From NCBI GenBank assembly GCA_009103225.1, contig RHPI01003169.1:124001-188000 (forward strand): a stretch of 64,000 nucleotides of DNA, read 5' to 3'. The stretch is from Chlorokybus atmophyticus. Its lineage: Eukaryota; Plantae; Mesostigma and Chlorokybus algae. A program made the position numbers and the translations under genes. The stretch's first letter is position 1; each line of letters begins with the position of its first letter. The notes below the pieces were generated by a model. That model was not told the DNA's origin. It did not search any database and saw only the letters and a program-made list of their open reading frames with translations. Below are positions 52,469 to 64,000 of this stretch, one piece after another.

Positions 52469-55400
52469 TGTCGGGCCTGGCAGGGTCGTGTGCTCCTCCG
52501 GGTCAATCTCAACTGAATTGCCATGATGGGGGCTGATGCCAGTCCTGTGGAGCGTTGGTTGGTGTAGTTGCACAGTGTGGAAGGCGAAAAATACCCCCTA
52601 CCTGTACGTACTGGTGTGTAGCGCACATGTGATGATGATGCCAACATGATACCCTCTGGTGCTGTGCGCTTTGCGTAATGCAATGCGTTATTGATCTTGC
52701 AAGGTGCGGAACTCGCCGCGGAACTCTACTCCTTAGTCGGTGATGACTTTAGCTCATGAGCCGAAGCGATCAAGCATATGGTCGAGGATGGCCTGAGCGG
52801 TCCCTTTGATGCTTCTTTCGGGAAGAAAAACTAGCTCAATCCACTTGAAGAAGTGCTCGATCATGACGAGGATGTACTTATTGCCACGATCTGAGCATGC
52901 TAAGTCTCCAAGGTTGTCCAGTCCCCACCGGTAGAACATGCCGGCGATGGGTACATGGTGCAAGGTGTTGGTGTGAGTGTTGAGGCTGGCACGCACAAGG
53001 TTGCAATACGAGCAGTTCGCAACGAAGGTGCGCACCTGAGTGTGCATGCCATGTTTTCAGTGTTGGGCACTTACTAGGTTGATGGTGTCCTTAACACTGA
53101 AGTGTCATAGCTCTATATGAAGAGCAGTAATGATGACCTCGCGCCAATGCGAAGCAGGCATCTCCTTATGGTGGATAAGGACCCGTCGAAAGACAAGTCC
53201 ATCCTCCCATAGATAATGTCGGCAGCGCTAATTGACACGGTCATGCTCACGCGTGCGCGCAGTCCTGCCGTTTGTTGTCCATGCTATAGATAGGTCATGG
53301 AGTTCTTGTCCATCCCGATGTCTTAACGTAACTCTACACCGGGGAGTTGGCCATCATCTGGTGTCGCCTGTTTAAGTGCGTCAGTGTCGACGGGGATGAG
53401 CGCTAGCATTTCCGCTGACTTTAGTATCGTCGGAGTTGCTCTCATGATGAAAACCCGTTCAAAGCGTAGTGCAGCTACGGCAAACATGGTGGCCACATGT
53501 GGTGGTGGTGCTGGTGGACCCAGGTCATGTCGGGCACCGGTGGCGTGGTTAATGGAGAGGTGGAGGTTACGACTAAGGCCGTCGGCGTCTTGGTTGGCTA
53601 GGCCCGCCCCGTGTGTTGTCTTGAAGTCGTACTCTTGTGGCAGCAAGGCCCACCTGGCCAACTTGCCAATCAAGTGCTGGTTGGCCATCAGTCAGCGCAA
53701 AGGCTGAAGGTTGATAATTATAAAGAACTGTCTTCCGAATGGGAAAGGTCCGCAGAAGGAAATGGCCCATAATGCAGCAAGGCATTCGCCTTCGTAGCTG
53801 CTGAAGTTGGCTTCAGTGCTGTTGTTGCTGCTGCTGGCGTAAGACACCACCCGTTCCTTCTTGTCGTCATGCTGAACCAGCACAGCACCCTGCCGAGCTT
53901 TCTGTAATCGGTGTGGAGTACAAAAGGCTTGGTGTAGTCTGGTCGCTGAAGAATGGGGGCTAATGTGAGCCTCTGCTTCAGCTCTTAAAAGGCCTCTTGC
54001 CGGGCTTCTTTCCAGCTCCACTCTGTCTCCTTCTTCAGAAGCTCATGGAGGGGGCGCGCAACCTTGGCGAAGTCCTTTATGAACCTCCCATAATAGTTGG
54101 CAAGGCCAAGGAAGGCACGTAGCCAAGTCAGGTCCGTTGAGGCTGGGATAGATGCCAAGGCCTCCACCTTGGCCTGCTAAATGTACACGCCATTGGGCAC
54201 AATCATATCGCCGAAGTAGGGGACCTTGTGGTGTGGTGAAGAAAGTGCACTTGTCGGGGTGTACAGTCATCCCTACTGCACCTCTTCGATGAAGAGAAGA
54301 TGCTCCTCTGCCGTGTGACTGAAGATTATGATGTCGTCTATGTAGCAACGCGCAAAGGAGCAGCCCTTCAACGCCTTGTCCATCACCCGCTGGAACTTTG
54401 CGGGCGCGTTCTTCCATCCGAGAGGCATGACCTCCCAGTGCTAGAGCTGCCGATTGCTTCAGATTGCCGCCTTGTGCTTGTCTTCGGGCTTGATCTCAAT
54501 CTTGTACCCCTGTCGCATGTTGAAATGCCGAACACGGTGCAGGAGCCGACGTCATCAAAGACGCCATCTACGATTGGCATGGGATACCGTACTTGCTTGG
54601 TCTTGTTATTGAGTGGGCGATACACCCCACACATACACCGTACTGTCCGGTTTCTCTCCAAGTCCTTCTTGGGTGGCATAACTGTGGCGACGGCGAAGTC
54701 GGATGGACTTCTCGATGAGTCCTGCCTGCAGCAATGCTTGGCTCCGCTGCTCTACCAAGTTCTCTTCCAACCAGGACAGCTCGTACGCTTTAACACCAGT
54801 CGTCAATGAGGTTGATGTCCGTCTGGTAGACTGAGCACTTGCTCAACTCCTTGACATTGCAGCGGAACTGAGCTCTCCACGTGTTGAGGAGAGTCTCCTA
54901 CTGCTCATTTACATGCCTTGTAGCCAAGGATCCCATGGCATGATCCCATGATGTGGCTGTCGCCTTTACAGGAATGTCCTCCACCATGACTGCTGCTTGC
55001 TTCTTCGCGTGAGTGATAGTAAAAGCGGTGTGGGCCACGACAGTGTCGGAGCAATTGACCCACTCCTTATACAAGTGCTTGAGATCCGTGAGAGACACTT
55101 GTCGGTTTTGAATGGCGAAGCATAGCATTAGCAACCAGACCATACTATTCTGCTCAATGGCGCGGCCGAGGAGTTGCCTCTGCTTACTGTCCATCAGCGA
55201 CCAGCCGGTTATGCCGCCCAAAAAGAAGCCCATGGCGCGTTCTCGTTCATGTGTGTTGGGTTCTTTCAGTCGGCCCGTGTTGCTATTCAAGACCATGCCG
55301 TCCCCGGCATCTTGAAAGGCATATGAGCCTGGGTATAAAAAAGTAGGGAGAGCTCGGCGTGGTTCTCCTGGTTGGTTGCACCAATGTAGTTGTGCATGGT

Positions 55401-56945
55401 CGTGGCGGGAGACTGGGTTTTGAGTCTTGCCAGTGTTGCAGATGTCATCCACGAGCAAGCTTCTGAGACGTGATTTGAGGAAGTGTTCAGCTACTGTTAG
55501 TTTTTTCACAGCGGCAAGGTTGGTCCACTTGGCGCGGATGCGGTGTGCACGCGATCCATAACATGTAGCGTTCATTTTGAAGGGATGCAAAATGATGGAG
55601 CACACCACGCAATAGCTGTACTGCACATTTTGGTGGCAATCATCTTTCAAGTGGACATTCTCGACAATGTAAGCTAGAGAATGTTGGATTTGCTGGTGCT
55701 GCAGCAGATGGATAACCCATTGTAACTCAAAAAAACAGCGCTGAGCGCGGATTGTCCAATCCACGATATGTGCCGGCTTTGGAGTGACCCTGGTACTCCC
55801 ATCCAGCGGTCAATAGATCTTTATTGCTCAGGGCAATGAGATCATTGACAGAGACGAGGCAAATGTCTTGAGGTAGAGCCTTAAAACTTCCACGCAATGC
55901 AGACAGAGGCAGGAGGTGCGAATAACGCAAGTGCAGCTGATGAAGATAATGGCGAACATCAGTTTAAGCATGCGGATAATAGTCACAGTAGTAATACTGT
56001 ATTACCTTGACACCGGTATCGAGGCGGGCCACCAAGCCGCTGTCAATCCCGCCAAACAGCTCCGGCAAGGTGACTCCTTGTTGGCGCCGCTGCACCAACG
56101 TCCACAACTCCGGTGGCGATGGTAAACTGTTGTGCTACAGGAACATCCTCGTGATAGACTGGAAAGCGCATATGAAGTGGTTGCCGGTCCAGCAACACAT
56201 GTGCATCCACCTCTGCTCTCCAGCGACGCTCGGTTGGGTCTTGCAAAGCCACCTCCTTGGTTACCTGCTCCTGAGTAAGTTTTGGAGTAGGGCATGGGCA
56301 GCGTGGCGACAGTTGTAGCGGTGGCTTCCATGCGTCGGCGTGCGCATGTGGGCAACACCAGGTTGAGGGGGATGAACCCAATGATGGAACCATCTCTGCT
56401 GCGCCAGCCGGGTCAGGACCATGCTTGCTTGGTCCGGCTGTCCATGCCAATGGCTACGGGGTAGCTGAAGTCCGACCCGATCAGCAAGTGTTAGCTGGCG
56501 TAGATGACCACACATTGCCGAGCCAGCACCGTGCTTTGAGTGGGGTCTAGCCTAGTCAGAGTGATGGTGAGGACTTCCTTGGTGATGCCGACGGTGCTTT
56601 CTCGTCCTCCCATGGCAGTTGTTAAGGGACGCAGCTGTGAAACCCAAGGCGTTAGCCAAGTGTCTGCCGATGATGCATGGTTGTGCCCCTCCATCCAGCA
56701 TGACACAATTGGGTGCCCACTCGATCAATTTGAACACGTTTTCATTTGCAACCACGACGGCGTTGGCATTGAGTCGTGCGCGATTATTGGAGCGCCAAGG
56801 AACAGCAGCTGCAGTAGGGTGCTGCTCCAGTGTGCTGGATCTCAAGGCTGCCATGGCTCATTTGCCCACCCCGGGAGCCATGCTCTGTCCTTGTGCACCC
56901 CCTCGTTGTGTATCGCCCCCTGCCCTTGCCCGTGGCCAGGTGCAC
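52469..56945 (-). mobile_element. Element C2: divergent DNMT-Gypsy copy, truncated at both ends of the coding region
   Basis: Protease VMLDGGAQPCII, DNMT (ELFGGI, AGWEYQGHSKAG, YIVENV, LLGRAIEQNSM), RT, RNase H, integrase N-half, then deletion into a terminal A segment (52469-about 52685) homologous to 46800-47010 and ending GACA. Confidence 0.85.
54898..56080 (-). pseudogene. DNMT domain of element C2 (least interrupted copy)
   Basis: ORF 54898-55764 is open from motif VI to motif X; motifs I and IV lie upstream across a frameshift; catalytic Cys codon is TAT here. Confidence 0.85.
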
Positions 56946-57212
56946 ACGGCTTGAAATTCAAGGACCATGCATGGTCCTTCCATGGACTCTGCGGGCCATG
57001 CATGGTCCGAGCCCCGCGACCACGACTACCTGGTCCGCGGGGCCCGAACCGTCCATGGTCCTTTAAGGGGCTCAAAGCCTGGCGCGCAGTAACGCACTAC
57101 GTATGGTCCGTGCCGCACCATGCACGGTGCGGCATGGACCAGTACACCACGCTGGTCCCTGAGAAAGGACCAGTGCGGTCCCGCGGCTCTGCGGCTCTGC
57201 TATGGCAGACCG
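56946..57212. repeat. GC-rich palindrome-dense segment, possibly the end of a non-autonomous DNA transposon
   Basis: Perfect 20-bp palindrome AAGGACCATGCATGGTCCTT 56960-56979; many GGACCA/TGGTCC motifs; TGCCGCACC/GGTGCGGCA hairpin. Confidence 0.4.
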
Positions 57213-57214
57213 TA

Positions 57215-58175
57215 CAGTGTACCCCCGCCAAGAAAATTCGCTCCAAGAGAATAACCCCATTAAAATCATAAAAAATGAGATTACCAAATTGTCTACAGGC
57301 AAATGTTCCACCTGAAGAGAGTATGACTAACCGCGAAGAGAATATCTTATATCGAGAAAAAGTCGCAAGTTTGAGTGAGGGTATGCTAGTATCGGGGGTG
57401 CAGGCGTTATGCGTAGGGAGATGAATGTGATAGGCGTGATGGGCGTGATGGCACAACTTGTGACTTAGCGTTGTCAAGCACTGCTGCCCCCTGCCCTGCG
57501 AACGGCGCCTTGGTAGCGTCGGCGTCGGCGTGCAGGGAACATAGAGTGGGGCAGCGGCGGGCGGGGGCGGCGGGCAGGGTATCGTTGATGGGCATGACGC
57601 CTAGCTAGCAGGCGGAAGACGACAAGCAGGTTAGGGTTTTCAACGCCACACAGGCACACATAGTGCATGCACGCTGCATACATGTACATAGCGCATGTAC
57701 AGTCAGTGAAACACTGTGTGTTTATTGTTGTAGGTCATCATGGCCGCACAAGTCAAGCGTGATAATCTTCCATTAAAAGACAAGCAGCACATCCTTAAGT
57801 TGTGTTACGCCAATCCTGGTCTCAAGCAAGCAAACTTGATCGCCCTTATAAAAATTTAATTGAAATGTACCATAAAGCAGTTGTCTCTCTCGAAACTTCT
57901 TAACAAACAGCGACAGCAAATTGCCGATGCTTTGAGTGCGGGTGGTAAACATGCGGCACAAAATAAGAGGATGCGGGTTGCTGCTCACCCTAGGCTAGAG
58001 TACGGGTTGCACGAGTGGTTTGCACAAGCTAGAGCACGCAATGTGTTGATTACTGATGCAATCTTGATGGAAAAAGCATTAGATTTTGCCAACAAACTAG
58101 GCATAGAGGGGTTCATTGCCTCGTCGGGTTGGGCTCACCGTTTCAAGAAGCGTCATGCAATTGCGGCTAAAATGT
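57215..58175 (+). mobile_element. pogo/Tigger-like DNA transposon, 5' fragment
   Basis: TA followed by CAGTGTACCCCCG; from ATG 57740 a CENP-B-like HTH, then LEYGLHEWF...ILMEKA...ASSGWAHRFKKRH (HTH_Tnp_Tc5-like); frameshifted, DDE domain missing. Confidence 0.85.
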
Positions 58176-58239
58176 GCATGGTGAAGCAGCAGATACAGCC
58201 TGCATCATGCATGTGCGAAGCGTGTGGATGCAGCACGTA

Positions 58240-59712
58240 GTAGATTGCCATTGATCTTGGAAAAATATCGCATCATAAACTTCTTGAAAGAACTGCTGAG
58301 GTTTGAAGAGCTCGCTTCTTGTGACTTGGGTTTGGAGCTGTGACTTGAAGCACATGATCTGGAAACTGCAAAAGCCACCGCATTTGAAGTCTCATCCTTC
58401 TTCTTGAGCCTCTGCTCAACTTGTAGCAACCTTGACATAATCTCATCCAACGTGGAGTCAGAGTCAAGACCTTCCAGCACCGTGATTAAGGTGTCAACAT
58501 CGTCTCGCAGACTTGAAAGGATAGCCCAAACCACCTCAGACTCCTTCGGTTCGCTGCCAACACCTAGTAGGTCTTTTCAAAGCTCTCTTGCTCGCGAAAT
58601 GTACTTGGTGACTTGCTCACTGGACTCCTTTCTCAAGGCATTCAGGTCGCGCGTGAGCTGGACATGCCTGGCATTGTTTTTAGCCTTGAAGAGGTCTGAT
58701 ACCTTCTCCCAAGCCTCCCTAGCAGTGGAGCAAGCATCCAATATGACCAAGTAAAAGTCCCTCGCGTTGAAACCCACAAGTGCAAGTGCTTTCCAGGAGA
58801 TCTGCTTCCAAACAGCGCTCCGGCCTATGGGTAGAGGGTCTGCCTCCTCTGGGTCCACGAATTCCCATAAGCTCTTGTGCTCGAACAACCACCTCATGCG
58901 GATGCTCCAGGTGGTGTAGTTGTCATCTCCAAGCGGCTCAATCACCACCTTGTTGTAGCTGGCTCGTCACAACGAAACCCCTGCTGAAAACAAGCCCAAA
59001 TCAAGTTAGAAACAGCAATTCCAGGCGCCCAGGCTTCCACAGCCTCACCAGAATGTTACAAACACAGAAAAAAGCTACTATCGAAGTAAATGCTCCACCA
59101 ATGCCTATACCAGCTCAAAAACCAGCGTATGTGGGCCCATAACCTGTTGAGATGCAAGCTATCTAGGCGTGAATATACAACACAACACCCTCAAACAGTT
59201 TGTGCAAGCAGAACGACCAATTGGACTAGACCATACCAAACCCAGGTTAGGCCACGCCAAAATCAAGCCTTGCCGGCCCCAGACTCAAGCACAAGTGAAA
59301 GTGAACCTTTAAAATTGTGTATGGGCGTCCCCTTATACCCAAATAACCTTATCAACGATAATGTAGTCATATAAGTCAGGTTTGGTCAACATCAAACCCT
59401 AATACAGCCCCAAACCGTCGAAATTGCCAGGACTGTCAGAAATGTTAGGAAACTCTTAGGTCTGAAGTTTGCTAAGTACAAACCAATGAGTACTTAGCCA
59501 GACTAAGCTGACTGGAGTCTAGAGGCGGCAGAGCCATGTCATATAGTCCAACATAATGCTAAGTATAAAACTATTAAGTACTTGGCCAGACTAAGCTGAC
59601 TGAAGTCTAGAGACGGCAGAATCTGGTCCTATACTCCAACACCAATGAGTACTTAGCCAGACTAAGCTGACTGGAGTCTAGAGACGGCAGAATCGGGTCC
59701 TACACTCCAACA
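58240..59712 (-). mobile_element. Ty1/Copia fragment: 5' LTR (59145-59712), PBS, partial gag
   Basis: LTR TGTTGG...CTCAACA; PBS GGTTATGGGCCCA 59132-59144; gag LGDDNYTTWSIRM...TAREAWEKV...VTKYISRAREL. Confidence 0.88.
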
Positions 59713-62700
59713 ATCTGTCAGTGGTTGTCGAAACCGACCTGTGGGTGGCTGTTGCAGCTGACCTTCGGTGAGAGCGAGTGCCAGCCACCAGCTCGAGAGG
59801 CAGATATCCTTGAAACTCTCCATCCTCCTCATTTCAATGAAGACGAAACCATGCCTTCTCTGACCAGCAATCAAGCCCCATGCCAACAGGGAAGTTGAAG
59901 TTTTGTCTCAGCAACAGGTGGAAGGATTCTGCATCGGTGACCACACACTTCTGTATGACCTCGGTGCTGTGGGAAGGGTCCACTAGTGCATTCGTTTGAC
60001 AGGAGTACTCCTGTCAAATGAATGCAGAGGGCTTGCTTGGTGATGCCAATCACCTTGTCACGGCTGCCGGTTGCGGTGTCGAGCACGTATGGGCACGGCA
60101 TCAGCTCAGCGCTGGTGATGCCAAGGTTGCGTGCGAGGTAACGTCCGATGATGACAGGCTGAGCTCAAGAGTTCAGCATCACATGCTCGGGTGCTCGTCC
60201 GATGATTGTGACACGCCGGCCTTGGTTGGCGATCATGGCTGCGTTGGCGTGGATGCGCAGCCGCTTGGATCGTCGAAAGCGTGTGCGTGGGGTGACTGCT
60301 GCTGCAGTCTCCTCCGGTGGTGTCGAGCGCAGTGCGGCAAGCGCCCCGCGACCAGCTGAGTGTTGAGAACCTCCTTAACCGCGGCCTGGCCCGAACCGTC
60401 ATTGTCTTAGTTGTCGGTATACGCACTGCGGCCTAGGTGCTGGTGGTGCCGCCTGCGGTTGCTCTGGTTGTGGCGCAGGGGGATTGCGCCTCTGTGTGGC
60501 CGGGGTCATACCAGGCGGCGTAGCCAGTGGCTGTTGAGGAAACCCTGGAGGACCGGGTGTTTGTGGGCCCGCCTTCCGTGCAGCCTGTTCTTCTACATAA
60601 GTGGAGCGAACAGCATGAGCTGCCTCCCTGACCAGTGTACCTTCCCATGTGGCTGTTGGATTGTTGACCACGTCACTCCAGCGGTAATCGTGAGGCATGG
60701 GCTGGAGATACACTGCGCGTAGGAGCCGCGCTCTTATATCGTGGGTCATGGTGGGAACCCTTAGGATCCCTGCCATGCAGGCAGACCATCTGCCATTGAC
60801 CGCCCCCACTTCTAGCACCGTCGTTGCTCGTGCTCGCACAGTGAGGTAAATCTCTGGATGTTGGACATGCCGCTCACAAGCAGCTGCGATGCGTCTGCGT
60901 TGCCGCGCTGCTTCCACCCCTGGCAACCTCAGTATGGCCTCTTGAGCTCCTTCTAAGGTGTCAGTGGCTGCCGAGGCAATCTCGTCATAGGCTTGCCGTA
61001 GCGAGCGTAGGAAGGCGTCCAACCACAACGATCTGGTGCCAAATGTGAACAGGGGGACTGCGGGGTGATTGGTGACTAGCCAAGTCACCAGTCTTGCTCG
61101 AGCTGCATTACCACCTTCTCGCATCCCCAACATCCGTCTCAGGCCAATGCCTTCTTGTCGGTGCAGCATGGTTGCTTAACGCAATAGGGCAGTGCGAAGT
61201 TGCTGTTCTTTGATTGAACCTGCTCCATCTCGTTGTGTCAACCCTTGCAGTGTGAGGTAACTTCTCCGTGGATCCCGTTGATCGTCAGGCAAGTCTTTCA
61301 ACAAGGCGGGTAGCAACGGGGCGATCACCCCCCTGTTTTGTTGGGCCAGCGCCCTCGTCTGGTCAGGGTCGGGTCCACCGACGCGGGGTGTCGTGCTGGA
61401 TGATGGGCTAACGACTGTGGGTTGAAGAACGCCAGCGCGAGCATTGGCAAGAGTGTGCGCTCTTGCATCGACTGCTGCCGCTTGGTCCTGTCGCCAGGTG
61501 AATGCCTGTTACAGCGCGATGTAGCGCTCATGAAGCCAAACAGTACTGAGGGGCCTCAGTGCTTTATTGTCACCCAAAGGCATGTCGGCTGTATCAGCGA
61601 TGTGCTGCTGTACGTTGGGTTGCCGGTTTCAATACATGTCCAGCGAGCTTGGCTCAAAAACTTCATGACTTACTGGTACGGGATGGCGTGGCGCAGTCTG
61701 CATGTTGTTATGAAGAGTCCAAAACAGCTGTAGTGCCTCGTGCCAACTCCAGTACAACAGGTGTTTTGACCACAAAGACATACTCTTGCATGGGAGGCGC
61801 CGTGTCGGCGAGGATTTCATCCTCCAGTTGCCGCTGAGTCTGTACTGGCAGGGTGTGATATTCAGGCAGTGGGAAGACAATCATAGCGTTCAACGCGAGT
61901 TGCTCGCTCTCCTCCGCGCCCAAAAGCAATGATAGTGGGATCTGCTCCACACATGATGGTCTCCAATGTGCGCTTAGCTTGCTGACCTCGCGGGACAGCT
62001 TGCGTAACGTCAAGGGCGGGCAATGTAGCTGCGCTTGTCGCTGCAGTGGCAGCAGGCTCAACAATGGCACTGCCGGTGGTGGCGAGAGTGCCGCTCAGTG
62101 GCGCGAGGGTAGTCTCACCGCTTGATGACACAGTGTGGTCCTGCAGTTGGAGCGGGACCGGTGCAACCTACTGCTGCAGGGTCGGTGACAGCAGTGGCTG
62201 TTGCCAGCGTGCTCACCAGTGTTGGCGTTACGGTGCTCACTATTACACCAACTTTTGATAAATCTGGCGCAGTTGCTGCTGACGTCGACGGAGTCAATGT
62301 TGTAGCCGATGTAACTGTTGCTGCCGGTGCATTACCACTGGTGGCTTCAGAGGAGGTGGCTGCTGACGATGTTGCGGCTTCCCCTCGAACTCATCGGAAT
62401 GGTTGAGTACGTGACGGAGTGCTGGTGTCTCTCGTGCGCTTTGGAGCCATCAGCGCCCAACGGGTAGAATAGCAGGCGCGGTAGTCCTGCTCCTTGTCTT
62501 GTCTTCCTCCAAGCGTGCCATATGCGCCATGAGGGCAGCCATATGGTCATCAGCTGGCAGGTAGGCTGGAGCCTTGGCGCCAACAACAGCAGCGCGGAGA
62601 CGTCCTTCCAGTCCCTTGCGCTGAGGAGGACGATTTTCCCCCCTGTAGCCTTGCTCTTCCTTGCGAGCATTGGCGTAGTTGTTGGTGTTGTTATGGCCTC

Positions 62701-64000
62701 CGGTATGGTTGCTGTTGTAGCCATCAGAGTTGTTGCCGTTGTGGCCTCCAGTGTTGTTGCTGTTGTAGCCACCAGAGTTGTTGCCGTTGTGGCCTCCAGT
62801 GTTGTTGCTGTTGTAGCAAGCAGAGTTGTTGCCGTTGTAGCTGCTGGCGGGTCTCGACTCAGGGAACTTGAGCCAGCAGACCAACTCCAAGTGGCCTGTC
62901 TTGTGACAGTGGTCGCAAACCAGAGTTGAGTACTCTTCGGTGCACTCCTTTTGGTAGTGCCCATGCCGTCCATATCAATGACACAGCACAGGGGCAGGCA
63001 AAGCAGTATGCGCTGGCGGTTTCCCTTTGTCGCGTGCTGGTGGAGCGTCCCGGCCACGCTCGCGGCGAGGAGGCTCGGCAATTGTGCTGACTACAGGCCG
63101 TGAGGCGCTGCGGTTGGTGTCCAGCATTGCCTTCTCATACACCAAGCGCTTATGGATGGCTTGTGCAGTCCCGAAAGCTTCCTTAAGCGTGTAGCCAAGG
63201 GGCCTGCTGTAGTTCAGGGTTAGGCGCGTCGTCTCGCTCAAGGTGGCATCCAACTCATTGACATATACCACTGCAGCAGCCTCGTCACTGACGATCTTAT
63301 AGTCAGTGTCCTTCAACAGTCCCTCCAGTCTGGAGTACAGGCGTAGGGGGTCCTCATTGGGCTTGCGTCGGAACCGCCTCAACTCCTCCACTTTGCTAGT
63401 GGTCTGCGGTGGGAAGGTGCGACGAAGTGCAGCGTATTGATCCTTGAGGGGAGAGTTAGAGATGGCGGCACCTACAATGATGGCTGGTGCGCACAGTGCG
63501 ACTGACCCGAGGGTGAAAGCACTGCCTCCCGCACGAGAGCCAGGTGTTGCCAAAGGTAGAGGTGTGCCCACCTCAACAGCTGCAGTTCGCTGTTCTTCAA
63601 GGATGGCAGCAGAGCGGTCCAAGATCCGTGCCTGTCGCGCGGCCGTCTTTATTTCAATCTCTGCAGGGGTCAGGTTGACGATCATCAACTCAGGTTCATC
63701 CTCCTCTGCTCTGTCAATGGCTGCCGCTATAAACAACGCGGTGACTGCAGCGGGAGTGGTCGGTGGAAAGACGGCTGCTGAGCTGTGCAGTGACGCAGAT
63801 GCTATGGTTCTGACGAGCTCGCCATAGCCATCAACTCGATGCAGTTCAGCAACAGACTTCCAGACATCATGTGCTTCATGGTCTAGATACTGAGCAGCAA
63901 TATGAAAAGGAATCTCATCTGACCAGTCTTTGTTCTTCAAAGCCTGCTGTCGCATCTTAGAATGGAACTTGCTGATGAATTTGGCCAGCGAGGTAGTGCC
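59713..64000 (-). mobile_element. Element C1: 5' coding half of a DNMT-Gypsy copy (A-like subfamily); 5' end outside window
   Basis: gag ORF 62975-63955 near identical to element A gag; two CCHC knuckles; N/G-rich 48-bp repeats; extra region 60399-62450; protease near 60170; cut by the Copia insertion at 59712. Confidence 0.9.

Noticed and set aside
59483-59712. Three ~65-bp repeats as a CRISPR-like array
   Set aside because: No unique spacers of regular length, eukaryotic context; they are duplicated Copia LTR ends.
52469-64000. C1 and C2 as a single interrupted element
   Set aside because: Each has its own, clearly diverged protease, so they are separate insertions.

Overview
Eukaryotic window from a flagellated green alga or early-diverging streptophyte (inferred from spliceosomal GT-AG introns, plant-type HPR1, a plastid-type DnaJ zinc-finger protein and a CEP162 homologue; species not determinable). 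Four host genes look intact: HPR1, a DnaJ-type zinc-finger gene, CEP162-like and 20S proteasome alpha-3. There is also a decayed four-repeat PKD-like secreted-protein gene. More than half the window is transposon-derived: a young chromovirus (1-5970) and a cluster of related, decayed Ty3/Gypsy-type elements (A 26507-36179, B 40734-52012, C2 52469-56945, C1 59713-64000) with nested solo LTRs, Copia and pogo fragments. The Gypsy-type cluster is the main discovery. Its polyprotein reads Gag(2xCCHC) - unknown ~3 kb region - protease - C5 DNA methyltransferase - RT - RNase H - DDE integrase - PHD finger. Its termini are not ordinary LTRs but split direct repeats (B1-internal-A1-gc-B2-A2), an arrangement otherwise known from tyrosine-recombinase elements. 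The elements end TGTC...GACA with 4-bp target duplications, keep an internal GACA-gc-TGTC end-to-end junction, and appear to self-prime without tRNA. This points to a retrotransposon that circularises its cDNA and integrates from an internal att site with a DDE integrase. All coordinates and alignments were done by eye, and the assembly has N gaps and homopolymer tracts of unreliable length.
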